Below, piece by piece: positions 41,411 through 53,326 of a stretch of DNA of 64,000 nt. Location: the NCBI RefSeq assembly GCF_006345805.1, contig NC_043012.1, forward strand, positions 18,042,001-18,106,000, written 5' to 3'. A program made the translations under genes and the position numbers. The notes beneath the pieces were generated by a model. That model was not told the DNA's origin and did no database searches. It saw only the letters and a program-made list of their open reading frames with translations. Every line of letters begins with the position of its first letter. The first letter of the stretch is position 1. The stretch is from Octopus sinensis. Lineage: Eukaryota.

Positions 41411-42467
41411 TATTTTATACCATTGAAAAGAGCATGTTTATAATTCGCAGAGATTTTTCAGATGAGTGTTTGCGAAAATGTTTGTGTGGTGCTTCTCCTA
41501 TAATTCGCTATGAGGCTGTTTTTGATCAATAACGACTGTCAGCTTAGATACTAAGAGTGAAAGTGAAAATGAAAATGAAAAAGAATGAAACTTAAGCATG
41601 CGGGCAATAATACGGCTTTCGACAGAATATTACAAATCACTGCTGTAATAATAGCAATAATAGCCCCTTAGATAAACATATCTAGCGCTTGATATTTTAA
41701 TTAAATAATAGAGATACGTTTGATTTAATTATTTCTCAAACTTGAAGTTTGGATTTTTTATATCCTACGGAAATACAAAATGCAAAACTAGCCGTAAAGA
41801 GATTTGAACTAAAGAATATTATATATTGTAATATATATTTTTCAATTCTGTAACCATTTTGTCTTGTATAGCCTTTTCTGTAAATGGCAGTATTATAATT
41901 AGTTTCCTTATATTTAGTTTCGTTTATTTCGTGTTGGTATTGATATTGTGTTGTTGTTGTTGTTGTTGTTAATAGATTTATTTCGGAAAGTGAAAAAAAT
42001 ATTGTAGTGCGATACCATTTAGATATTGTAGGTTTCCTTCACTGTAAAGCATTTTTATTTACAGTGGTAGTTTTCGGATTATTGTGTAGTAAGTTAATCC
42101 AATTACGTGGCAGTAAACTTCAGGAATTGTTTGCAACATTCTTATTTTGAAATTGGATTTTCGTTTATACTTCAAGGCTAAAAAGTCTCAAAATTTCAAT
42201 ATTTCTAAGCATCTATCGTTCGTTTCGTAAATTTGAGTTCGTTTTTTCATGTTACTGTATAGAATAATGAAGAGTAAGATGCTTTGGTTGTTATGGTAAC
42301 AGTGTATGTTTATATTATTATTTTCAAGTTTAGAAAGTTTGCTTTCGTTCTAACTTCATTACGAAAAGCATTACTCTCTCGAATACCAACATCTCCACCA
42401 TAATTTCCAGATTTTCCACTCACAGTTTAACAACAATCTAAACAAATAATTTTTCTATATTCACTAG

Positions 42468-42605
42468 ACTTGCTAGAGATGACTGTCACATCTCAGAGAA
42501 ATCGCATCAAATCTGTTGGGTAATGGGGTTCTGGTTTTCAGCTATCATCACTCTAAGCACCTCATGTTGTGCTACGGAGAGCGATAGGAACCAATGTTTG
42601 TGGGA
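42468..42605 (+). CDS. Candidate 138-nt internal exon (phase 2-2) of an unidentified host gene
   Basis: Acceptor ttttctatattcactAG and donor GA|GTAAGT. The frame is open: LARDDCHISEKSHQICWVMGFWFSAIITLSTSCCATESDRNQCLW, with a hydrophobic stretch. It lies in non-repeat sequence. No partner exons were found. Confidence 0.3.
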
Positions 42606-42745
42606 GTAAGTCCTATCTAGCTTGAGTGGCGTCTCTGTTTCGCTGCGAATACGGTTGCATACAAAGTTCATTCAGTAAACATCGCTTAAATTATTATTTT
42701 TCTGTGAGTATTTTACATGGTGTCAGACAAAGACGAAGGGCGAAT

Positions 42746-43170
42746 TCTCTTTACTCTTTTACTCTTTTACTTGTTTCAGTCATGACTGCGGCCATGCTGG
42801 AGCACCGCCTTTAATTGAGCAACTCGACCCCGGGACGTATTCTTTTTTTGTAAGCCCAGTACTTATTCTATCGGTCTCTTTTGCCGAACCGCTAAGTAAC
42901 GGAGACATAAACACACCAGCACCGGTTGTCAAGCAATGCTAGGGGGACAAACACAGACACACAAACAAACACACATACATATACATATATATATACATAT
43001 ATACGACAGGCTTCTTTTAGTTTCCGTCTACCAAATCCACTCACAAGGCATTGGTCGGCTCGGAGCTATAGCAGAAGACACTTGCTCAAGATGCCACGCA
43101 GTGGGACTGAACCCGGAACCATGTGGTTTATTAGCAAGCTACTTACCAAACAGCCACTCCTGCGCCTATA
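42746..43170 (-). mobile_element. tRNA-derived SINE (family of 29987)
   Basis: Colinear homology with 29987-30404. Confidence 0.9.
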
Positions 43171-44987
43171 AAAATTGCAGACCTTTTGAGAACAGTCGAA
43201 TTCACAAGGATGGAACCTATCATGAAATGTTGCACGTCAATGAGGATAGAAATAATGAATTACGTAAATTCTATATGATTGGCGGTATCAGCCGCAGAAC
43301 ACTACAGCTTTTACTAAGATCGATGGAAAGTCATTCATAGGAAATTAGCATTTCAATCAAAGCGTTAAAATATACATCATAAACAAGAACCCCAACTTAT
43401 GTCTTCCTTGATAAAAATGTGAAAAGATTCTGACACCTATACTTTGTTTCTAAATCTTGTTTGTAATTCAAAAGATTATGTTAGGTTTCGTATTGTTCAT
43501 TTTATACAGAAACTTATTTGGATTCAAGGCTAATACAACAAAGCCGAGATTAGTTTTACTTTCATAAAGATGTTCAGAGTCTATGTTCTCTTGGAATATC
43601 ATTAGTGACCAAATACTTTAGAACTTTATTGAGCATAAAATCAGACGCTGTTCACGAAACGGAAATATTTTGCTTCAAAATGTTGATCTCAGTTCAGCTC
43701 TCATCAATAAGGAAGTAGGATATAAGCAACGAATTACAAATTCTTCACAATCATGGTTAACCTATAACGACGGCTGAAAACCGACTCATCAGTGAAGAGA
43801 AAGGAATGGATGCCAATCAGTATCATATGCACCTGTAATAGGAGGGGATACCTACTCTCCCTATTACAGGAATTGTCGACTCAACCATTGACTAGTTCCT
43901 TTTTTTTTGCATGGAATAACGATAGCACAAGAAGAACTTGCTAATGTCTTGCATTTTGTGTTTTCATTATTTTTCGCACTACATTTTTGGGCTAATTGTC
44001 TTTTTTATCTCTGAGAGGAATCAAATGTCTCTTAATGTTTGCATTTTCCTTCATAATAGCAATGAATCTAATGAACATTTGGTGGAACTTTTCAAAGGGC
44101 ATTTATATTTGCCCTCGCTGACCATCGCCGGTTTCCTCAGATTTAAGAATTTAACCTGCGTATTCTCAAGTCGGAAATCCTTGTTGTGTCTCGAGAGAAA
44201 ATTACCCTAACCATTAACCCACGATCGGGATTCAGTTTTCAGACTAATTCTGTAAGGAAAGAGGGCTGAGATCGTGAAAAATAGATAATTAGGAAGAAGT
44301 CTGTCTCTAGCATGGGAATCGTCTGTATATATATATTAAACCACATAGACTCATATATAATGAACGGAATAGAGTTTCACCTTAATAGTTACGAAGAGAG
44401 ATGCGAAAAGAAAGACTGAATAGAAATAAGAAAACAGGGAATTGGATACCTAATCAAATTAATGTAACATTCTAGTGTGAGACGATTGCATTAAGACAAG
44501 AGAATGAAATGGACAAAATAGATGTAGTGATAGAAACAAACGTGTAAGAGAAATCGATAACGAAGTGGGGTCAATGCTGCAAAGTGCGAGTTTGATTCTA
44601 TCAGGTCAGTTGTTGAAGAGAAATGGGCCAGATACATTGAAACGAAGGAGTTCTAGGGAAAATATATTAGAGCTTTTAGTAGGAATATGTTGTATCCTTG
44701 GAGACTAATACAGCTGCTTGAGCTAATAATTCTCAATATTTTCTTTCTCTCATAATTCATCAATCATTCCCTTCCTAGTCCACACATATATTAACACGCA
44801 AAAATATACAAATGTACGCGCACACGAGCACACGTACGGACATAGACAGAGATTCCCTCCGACATACACTCACACACATATCTATCTATCTATCTATCTA
44901 TCTCTCTCCCTATATATATATACATATATATATATATACATATATCTATACATACATATATATATACATACATATATCTATACATAT

Positions 44988-45043
<56 letters not shown>

Positions 45044-45102
45044 TATACATATATATATATGCATATATATATTATATATATATATATTATATATATATAT
45101 AA

Positions 45103-45136
<34 letters not shown>

Positions 45137-45148
45137 CATATATATATA

Positions 45149-45184
<36 letters not shown>

Positions 45185-45486
45185 TACACGTATCTCCGTC
45201 ATTCTCTCCTACTCTTTTGTGGCTATGTATATATTTATATATAATAGTATGTATGAATGTATGTGTGAGTGTAGGTGTGCGTGCGTGTGTGTGTGTGTAT
45301 GTATATGTATATGAATGATTTTTGACGAACTTGTATGGCAAAACTCATCATTTTGGTCCGACATCGCAATGATTCAAATCAATTTTGCAACGTGCTCGCA
45401 CACATAAAAACATACAGACACACACACACACAGACACACACACACACACACTCTCTCTCTCTTTCTCTCTCTCTCTCACACACAAA

Positions 45487-45524
<38 letters not shown>

Positions 45525-45956
45525 ACACACACACACACACACACATACACACACATTAGCAGTACAAATTTCCATGAGCAGAAATGAGAATCAAATATAA
45601 AAGAATTTAAATGAATTGTTATCTTCTACTATACTGGAGGGAAGAATATTACCAGAATGATAATTTATAGAAAATGAACAACAGGCAGCAGATCTTTATA
45701 ATCTACCAGATTAGCAGCGTACAATATGATGTAGAATCTGTTTTGGAGAAAACGACATATTTATTATGGATAAAGCATATTAAGTAAATATATAAAAATG
45801 TATCTATATATTATATTAGGAGCTTCAATGGAATCATAAATCTATTGGTATATAAATATTGGGGGACCTATATTTAAATGTGGGTTTTTCGGTCTACATA
45901 ATTTATAACGATTTTATATACATCTGGAACAAATATTCAAATGTGTACATATCAGT

Positions 45957-45957
<1 letters not shown>

Positions 45958-46001
<44 letters not shown>

Positions 46002-46002
46002 G
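45958..46002. repeat. (AG)n microsatellite
   Basis: Read directly from the sequence. Confidence 0.95.
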
Positions 46003-46239
46003 AAAATCCTTTAAATATGAGAGGCACTTAGTTATCCCAGTAACTATCACCGAAATACTCTCTCAGCTGAAAAACATAATTTCTATAACTAGGACCGCAT
46101 TGCAAAACCTATTTTTTTAACTCAGGGTCCGAAAATATTCTATCCTCCTGCATTTTATGAAACTCTATAAATTTCAAATGACATTTACAATCTAGTACTG
46201 TTCCTACTCTAAATGTGTGGTGCAGCTAAATATACAATC

Positions 46240-47260
46240 TTATCTACTCTAGATACAAGGCCCAACATTTCGGGGAAGGGGTCATCGATTAGATTGACCT
46301 CAGTACGAATCTGGTAATTAAATTATCGACCCCGAAAGGATGAAACACAAAGTCGATCTCAGCGGAATTTGAATTCAAATCGTAAAGACAGACGAAATAA
46401 CTATTTCTTTACTACCCACAAGGGGATAAACAAAGAGAGGACAAACAAGGAGGGACAAACGGATTAAGTCGATTAAAACGACCCCTGTGCGTAACTGCTA
46501 CTTATTTAATCGACCCCGAAAGGATGAAAGGCAAAGTCGACCTCGGCGGAATTTGAACTCAGAACTTAGCGGCAGACGAAATACCTATTTCTATTTCTCT
46601 ATTACCCGCAAGGGGCTAAACACAGAGAGGACAAACAAGGACGGACAAACGAATTAACTCGATTATAACGACTCCAGTGCGTAACTGCTACTTATTTAAT
46701 CGACCCCGGAAGGATGAAAGGCAAAGTCGACCTCGGCGGAATTTGAACTCAGAACGTAGCGGCAGACGAAATACCGCTAAGAATTTCTCCCGGCGTGCTA
46801 ACGTTTCTGTCAGCTCGCCTACTTAAGACAGACAAAATGCCTATTTCTTTACTATCCACAAGCGGCTAAACACAGAGAGAACAAACAGGGATAGACAAAA
46901 CAGATTAAGTCGATTATAATGACCCCAGTGGGTAACTGGTACTTATTTAATCAACCCCGAAAGGATGAAAGGCAAAGTCGACCTCGGCGGAATTTAAACT
47001 CAGAACGTAGCGACAGACGAAATACCTATTTCTTTATTACCCATAAGAGGCTAAACACAGAGAGGACAAACAAGGACAGACAAACGGATTAAGTCGATTA
47101 CATCGACATCAGTGCGTAACTGGTACTTAATTTATCGACCCCGAATGAATGAAAGGCAAAGTCGACCTCGGCGGAATTTGAACTCAGAACGTACTGGCAG
47201 ACGAAATACGGCTACGCATTTCGCCCGGCGTGCTAACGTTTCTGCCAGCTCGCCGCCTTA
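46240..47260 (-). mobile_element. Head-to-tail array of five SINE units (about 185-bp period)
   Basis: Units start at about 46240, 46401, 46585, 46841 and 47026. Each has atcgaccccgaaaggatgaaaggcaaagtcgacctcggcggaatttgaactc or a close variant. Full tRNA heads occur only at 46775-46820 and 47209-47260. Confidence 0.92.
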
Positions 47261-47533
47261 TGATGCTAAATATATAAATTTCAGAATTCTTGACTGACTG
47301 ATACGCGACTGATTGGCAAAACTCATATGCACAGCAGTTTCATTAAAGTTTTAAAACTTTTGGATCTAACACCGTACTTACCGCATTACTCAACACTTAC
47401 TAACAAAAATCTTACATATGGCGTGAGTCTTTTAGAATATCCCTCCTCATATTATTTTCGCGATTTTGAGCGGAGCCTTACGGCGACAGTCTAGAGATCT
47501 TTGAGGACATGCAAATGTTAAGAGATTCTATAC

Positions 47534-47581
<48 letters not shown>

Positions 47582-47650
47582 AATCGTGCCTCTATTTCAG
47601 TTCGATTCCAGGAAGGGATCTGAATAATAATAATAATAATTATTATTAAG

Positions 47651-47722
47651 ATCACTGCCTGGAATCCCACTCAGAATCTTGGGGTTAGTAGCCCACGCTT
47701 TTAACCTCTCCGCCATATGCTC
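47651..47722 (-). mobile_element. tRNA-like SINE head
   Basis: The minus strand reads gagcatatggcggagaggttaaaagcgtgggctactaaccccaagattctgagtgggattccaggcag, with an A box and a decayed B box, followed by (AAT)n. It is not a functional tRNA. Confidence 0.6.
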
Positions 47723-49265
47723 GTGGGCAATTATTGAGTGAATTTTAGGGCTTATAGGTAGTTGTTGCGTCCTAGCATATGTGCTGCTTCTTTTACTTTT
47801 CGTATTTTCAAATGGTGGAGGGTGTATCAGCCGAAAAGTTGTGTTAACAACAAACAAGATGAGAAAAATATCTGTCAAATGTAAATAACGTAAATAATGT
47901 ACATATATTCTCATATTTTAAATGTAGAACTGTATGTCCCGTTTTTTCCTACATTCATTTTGTTTAACATAATTATTTAGGATTCCTTGAGTAATTTTTT
48001 TTCCCCGAAAGGCAATGAATTTCTATCTTGAAATCCCACTATTGTATAAGTCTTGAATCAAATTTCAAATAATATTTCTAGAGATTAAGACTATTGAAAA
48101 GAGAATCAAGACTATTGAAAAGGTTGCAAGACGCAACGAAAAGTTTAGAATATAAAAATAAGACATAAGTGGAAATTTAACAGGTGAGTGTGTTAAATAA
48201 TAAGGCACTAAAAGAGAATGGCTCTCCCCAGACACAATAGAATATGCTTCAACACACGAACTCATATAAAGAATCATGCAAACCAAATCCAAAAACGAAA
48301 TAGAGATTAAGAGTTTGCTATTTAATCTGTTATGCTTGTTAAATTATTGAATTCCTACCATTGTCTCGCCCAGTTTTATGACATGGAATGGACAGAAAAG
48401 AATGAAACTTTAAACAAACTCAGCCCCAGGTAGAGAGCTTATGTTCTTTCTTACAAATAAAGAACACAACACTATCAGAACTCACTCAGCACTTTAGAAT
48501 TGGAGAACAAATATTATGTGACATGTATGTAGTCTTTAAACAGGTAAATAAGTCTTCAGATAGTCTGTATCTCCCTCTCTCTTTATTCCTTTTGGAATGT
48601 GTCGTAAGTGGGTGGTAGGAAATCTGTAGGAATAGTTTGGTTACAGAGAATTCATGGTTTAAGCAGGAGCAGCCGATAGAGGTGGAGAAGAAGGAGGAGG
48701 AAGAGAAGTAGGAGTAGGGAAAGAAAAGAGAGAAGGAGAGAGAAAAGAAAATTACAGGAATGCTGTAACAGGAAATTGTTCATGGAATCTTCTTTAATGT
48801 TCAAATGACCTAAAAGTGACTTGTTGTGTTCCTACTAGTAGTGATTGTAATTACTCTAAATTATTGTAGTAGTTACATCTCTGGTAGTGATGGTGGCATT
48901 CGAAACAGGTTTATCTTTTCCTATAAAACGATGATTATAGTTTGCATTGTCACTGAATTTATAAAGTGGAAAACATTCTAAATTTGGGTTGTTTATTAGT
49001 GGCGCAAATATCAATGAGCTAGCTGAATGCTATTCTTTTGCATTCCCGTAGTATGATCTGGGATCTATGTAGCATCATCCTCTTACGCAAACCGTTTTAG
49101 TTTGACTAGTATAGTGTTCTTGACAGCCTGAGCAGGTTAATACATATATTAGATTTTCCGAAGAACAAGTGAAGTTGTTTTTCACTGTAAAACGTTAACC
49201 CTGTTTGAAGGAGGATTCCGATCCTTCAATTAGTTTGACACATATACCACAGTTAGGTCCTCTAC

Positions 49266-49398
49266 TTTTTTCACTGTCAGTTGTTGGCGAGTGTACTTGG
49301 GCCACTTGGTTTTCAAACTCGGAAACTATCTTTTTTCACTGTATGTTGTTGGCGAGTGTACTTGGGCCACTTGGTTTTCAAACTCGGAAACTATCTTT
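49266..49398. repeat. Tandem duplication, two copies of a 65-bp unit
   Basis: ttttttcactgt..gttgttggcgagtgtacttgggccacttggttttcaaactcggaaactatcttt occurs at 49266 and 49331. Confidence 0.95.
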
Positions 49399-50699
49399 CA
49401 AACAAGATACGCTACTAGCAACCCTTTCCTACAGTTTATAAAATCAAAGCAAAACTCGAAAACACACGTTCGCCCCTACCTAAAAGACAGAACCCTCTCG
49501 CTGTAAACAGAAGGAAACAGGATCGAACCTAACTTCATAACCCACTAGTGGAACAACATCGAGGCTACACCGACATCAAACAGACACATAATGAAGCATT
49601 ACCCGCAGGATAGACATTAAAACCTCCCCCATAATGAGAACAAACATAACTTTTATCTCACCAATATATATATATATATATATAAAAGGAGACGTTATAA
49701 TACTATTCCACAGCCATACCAACAATGCAATAATATTATTCCACATATACAAAAACAGCCATACAAGCAATCCAGCATACTTCCATCATCAGCTGCCCGA
49801 CGGATATCATTATGTTTTCGACACCTGGGCAGTACCACTCAATCCAGCGGTGTCAACAGCACTAAAATTAGTGTTGTTTGGGAACAAACAAACGAAAGAA
49901 ACAACAACTTTCAGATACATTTAACCTATGTAATCGATGAATAAATTCAATAAATTTATTACAACTACACCTCAATACGTAACTAAGCAGCGACAAATCT
50001 ATTAAGTCTTACAGAAATTATAATCCCTACCGTCTTCCATATTATAATATAAAAGTAAAAGCTCAATAAGCACATTATTTCAATGAATCAATATATAGGC
50101 AGGATTTAGCATCAATAAAACTACAAGAAACACATAAACCAATGTTAATTGTATTGGTATTAATAGCAAACCCCACTACCTAAATTCTAGGCTAACTTGC
50201 GACGAATCTTTAAGTCAATACAAAACATAATCCCACCAGTCTTCCATAGATAGTACTATAATGAAAGTTAAAGCTTTATGTAAATCTCTCCAAAACAAAA
50301 CAAACACGACTGAAATTAATTTAACTAATATTTTTATGAGTGAAATACCTTATTTCATCATTCAAAAGTTAATAAAAACACTACGTACTCATTATTATAT
50401 CAGCACCACAAGCTATAATATTAAATTACCATTTACTAATATAAACATTAAATTTCATTAAATAGAAACTAATAAAAGTACTTGCAATTAACTATAATCA
50501 TAAACCTTGTTATGTTTAAAGCTAATCAAAACTGTTTAAAAAATATTAAAAACTACACATATTAACACTTACATGTTTAATCAAACACGCGGTTCCATCA
50601 CCCAAAAGATGATGACCTAGTGCGTATTAACTACTTCCTCAATTGTCTAGAATCGCAAAACTTCAAATCCTTACAAATATTTGCTAAGCCGAAGACTAC

Positions 50700-51400
50700 A
50701 TATTACCCCATATTTATTTAAAATTTCAAGGGTTCCACCTAAACAGCCATAAAAGTTTTAATTAATTTAACATATCATGTAATAACAGTTTGTTTATTCT
50801 TTCCAAACATTTATTAGCATTATAAACATAGTATTATATCTAAAAACTTGCCCTGAAAAAGCATCATGACCAATAAGACTGGTAATTTTACTACTGAACC
50901 ATGGCATTGACGTCACTTAGAAAACCAAAATCTTCTGTTATATTATAAATGGCTGTACATATTTCATTATTATGCTTGATTATTAGATTGAGATCTAAAT
51001 AATTAATATTTCTTAAATTGTTACCATTTCTGGTGGCTATAAGCTGACTAGGGTATAATTTTCTGCGTAAAAATTCAACGAAACCGTAATTAGGCTTAAA
51101 TATATCATCTACGTATCTGCAGGATCCATTAAGTTATTTAAGCAAACCCATCTTTTTCCTAGCAACAGGGATCTTTAAGTAAAAGGAACTCGCATGAAGA
51201 GAGATAAATGTTCGCCAATATGGGGCTACAATTGCCACCCATTGGAATTCCCCTGACTTGCTCAAACACCCTACTCACAAACATTACAAACGAATTATCA
51301 ATAATAAAAATAACAATTTCTTTCATTTTTCCTTTTACATATAATAGCATATCCCATATAACAACTATTAGACAAGAAAACGTCACCATTCTTTAAAGAT
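50700..51400 (-). mobile_element. Penelope-like RT fragment, Naiad/Chlamys-type motifs
   Basis: IDNSFVMFVSRVFEQVRGIPMGGNCSPILANIYLSSCEF, CRYVDDIF, KLYPSQL, INYLDL, IYNITEDFGF and GHDAFSGQVFRY. These correspond to the GIPMG, RYxDD, YLDL, YxKxDDFxF and SQLxRY motifs. Confidence 0.75.
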
Positions 51401-51932
51401 ATACATTTATATCCTTTATTAAAAATAATATCTAATATTCTAAAAGTACCATCTTCTACACATTAAAGACTTAAGTTTTTAATATATAGATACACACACA
51501 CACGTATAAATACACACACACGTATTAACACACACACATGCACACATATATTTTAATAATAATAATAAAAGATAAAATTAATCAATTAGTTTTTTTTCTT
51601 TTTGCTTACTTAGATAAGTGTGTTATTGTCTCAGAGATCTTTATAGTAGTTAAAAAGACATTAGCGTCTATTTCTAATTCGGTACGTGGCGAAGCAATTA
51701 GCTGTCCCCTGATTATTATTACGTATATAATTACTGAATATTTTTTACGTATACATACATATATACATACACACACACACACACACACATATATATATGT
51801 GGGTTAAGTTACAGGTTACTTGCATCTCAAAAATCCACTGGTGTATTACCTATATTTAATCATGCGCATTACTGCTAATGCTCGTAACTGAAATGTAATG
51901 ACAATAATAAACTAGAGTTTATCAATATTCAA

Positions 51933-52055
51933 GGAAAACGGAAAATGGCGATACAATCGATGAATAACAGTTAATATACATCAGTTATCATTTATGAATG
52001 ATAAATGATGCAAATCAAATGTTATTCATCAATTGTATCTCCGTTTTCTGTTTTT
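51933..52055. repeat. About 123-nt imperfect hairpin (36-bp arms plus an inner stem)
   Basis: Arms 51933-51969 and 52020-52055 are complementary with about 4 mismatches. The inner stem is atcatttat/ataaatgat. Confidence 0.8.
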
Positions 52056-52083
52056 CTTCGTTGTATATATATATATGATGGAA

Positions 52084-52122
<39 letters not shown>

Positions 52123-52727
52123 ATATACGTATATACAAATGTTTGTATATATCTACGTTCATATGTCAGTATCAAGTGATGATGTTTGCTGTCGTAAGTT
52201 AAGGCTGACGCGGTTGAGTGAAAATGTCGAAACAGGTAATATTCTGGATGTTTTCGGTTGAGTGTTTGCAGAATATAAACACATGATTAAGTTTATAACC
52301 TTTTGTACGTTTCCCGCTACGCCCCTGAGATAGCGTCACCTAACATTACATTTTGCACTTAAAAAGAAGGCCGACATTGTTAGGTGAACGTATTCAGTTA
52401 TAATCAAGGCACTCCAAGTTTAATGGGAGTGTGATATATTAACTAGAAGCAAACACTTCTGAGACCTGTCATGTAACTATCCTCTCCCAATCAAATCTGA
52501 TTCAAAACATTCTAACTTTCAACATGAAGTCCCTATGAAAATAAGGCAATCTTCAAACACTAGTCACAAGCAAGACGCTTGCAATGTAAGCCGCGTCTTT
52601 CTATCTAAACTGTTTGAAAATCAGTGAAACCGGTTAAAACTTCAAATATATTATTTAAAAAATATTTCGACTATTATGAGTACACTTTCCTATATTTCTA
52701 CCCATAAGGAATAACATAAGATTGTTT

Positions 52728-52764
<37 letters not shown>

Positions 52765-52782
52765 ATATATATATATATATAT

Positions 52783-53326
52783 AAATTTAGCAATTAAGGA
52801 CAACTACTTAATAAGGAAAACTTAACAAGAAATTGTCAGGTAGATATCGTGAAAACCTCATAAGAGAAAAAATTTCGAAAATAATTATTTCTTATTGAAC
52901 ATATTAATTTATATATAGAGGACATTATACATCCATGCCAGATGGCATTATACATACATGCCACACGCTAAGAGGGACATTTAGTCATTTCTACCAAAAA
53001 TATTACTAATCCCACCGAATGCAATTTTTCAAAGTAAGACCTGTGATACAGGTCTATATTTTTTAAATGTCTTACTTTGAAAAATTGCATTCGGTGGGAT
53101 TAGTAATATTTTTGGTAGAAATGACTAAATGTCCCTCTTAGCGTGTGGCATGTATGTATAATGCCATCTGGCATGGATGTATAATGCCCTCTATATATAA
53201 ATTAATATGTTCAATAAGAAATAATTATTTTCGAAATTTTTTCTCTTATGAGGTTTTCACGCTATCTACCTGAAAATTTCTTGTTAAGTTTTCCTTATTA
53301 AGTAGTTGTCCTTAATTGCTAAATTT
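52783..53326. repeat. Long near-perfect inverted repeat: 258-bp arms (52783-53040 and 53069-53326), 28-bp spacer
   Basis: Manual alignment of the arms shows 3 substitutions and no indels. Confidence 0.95.

Noticed and set aside
46240-47260. Possible CRISPR-like array or ribozyme-containing satellite
   Set aside because: The units are whole SINE bodies with no unique spacers, and no CUGANGA/GAAA core was found on either strand.
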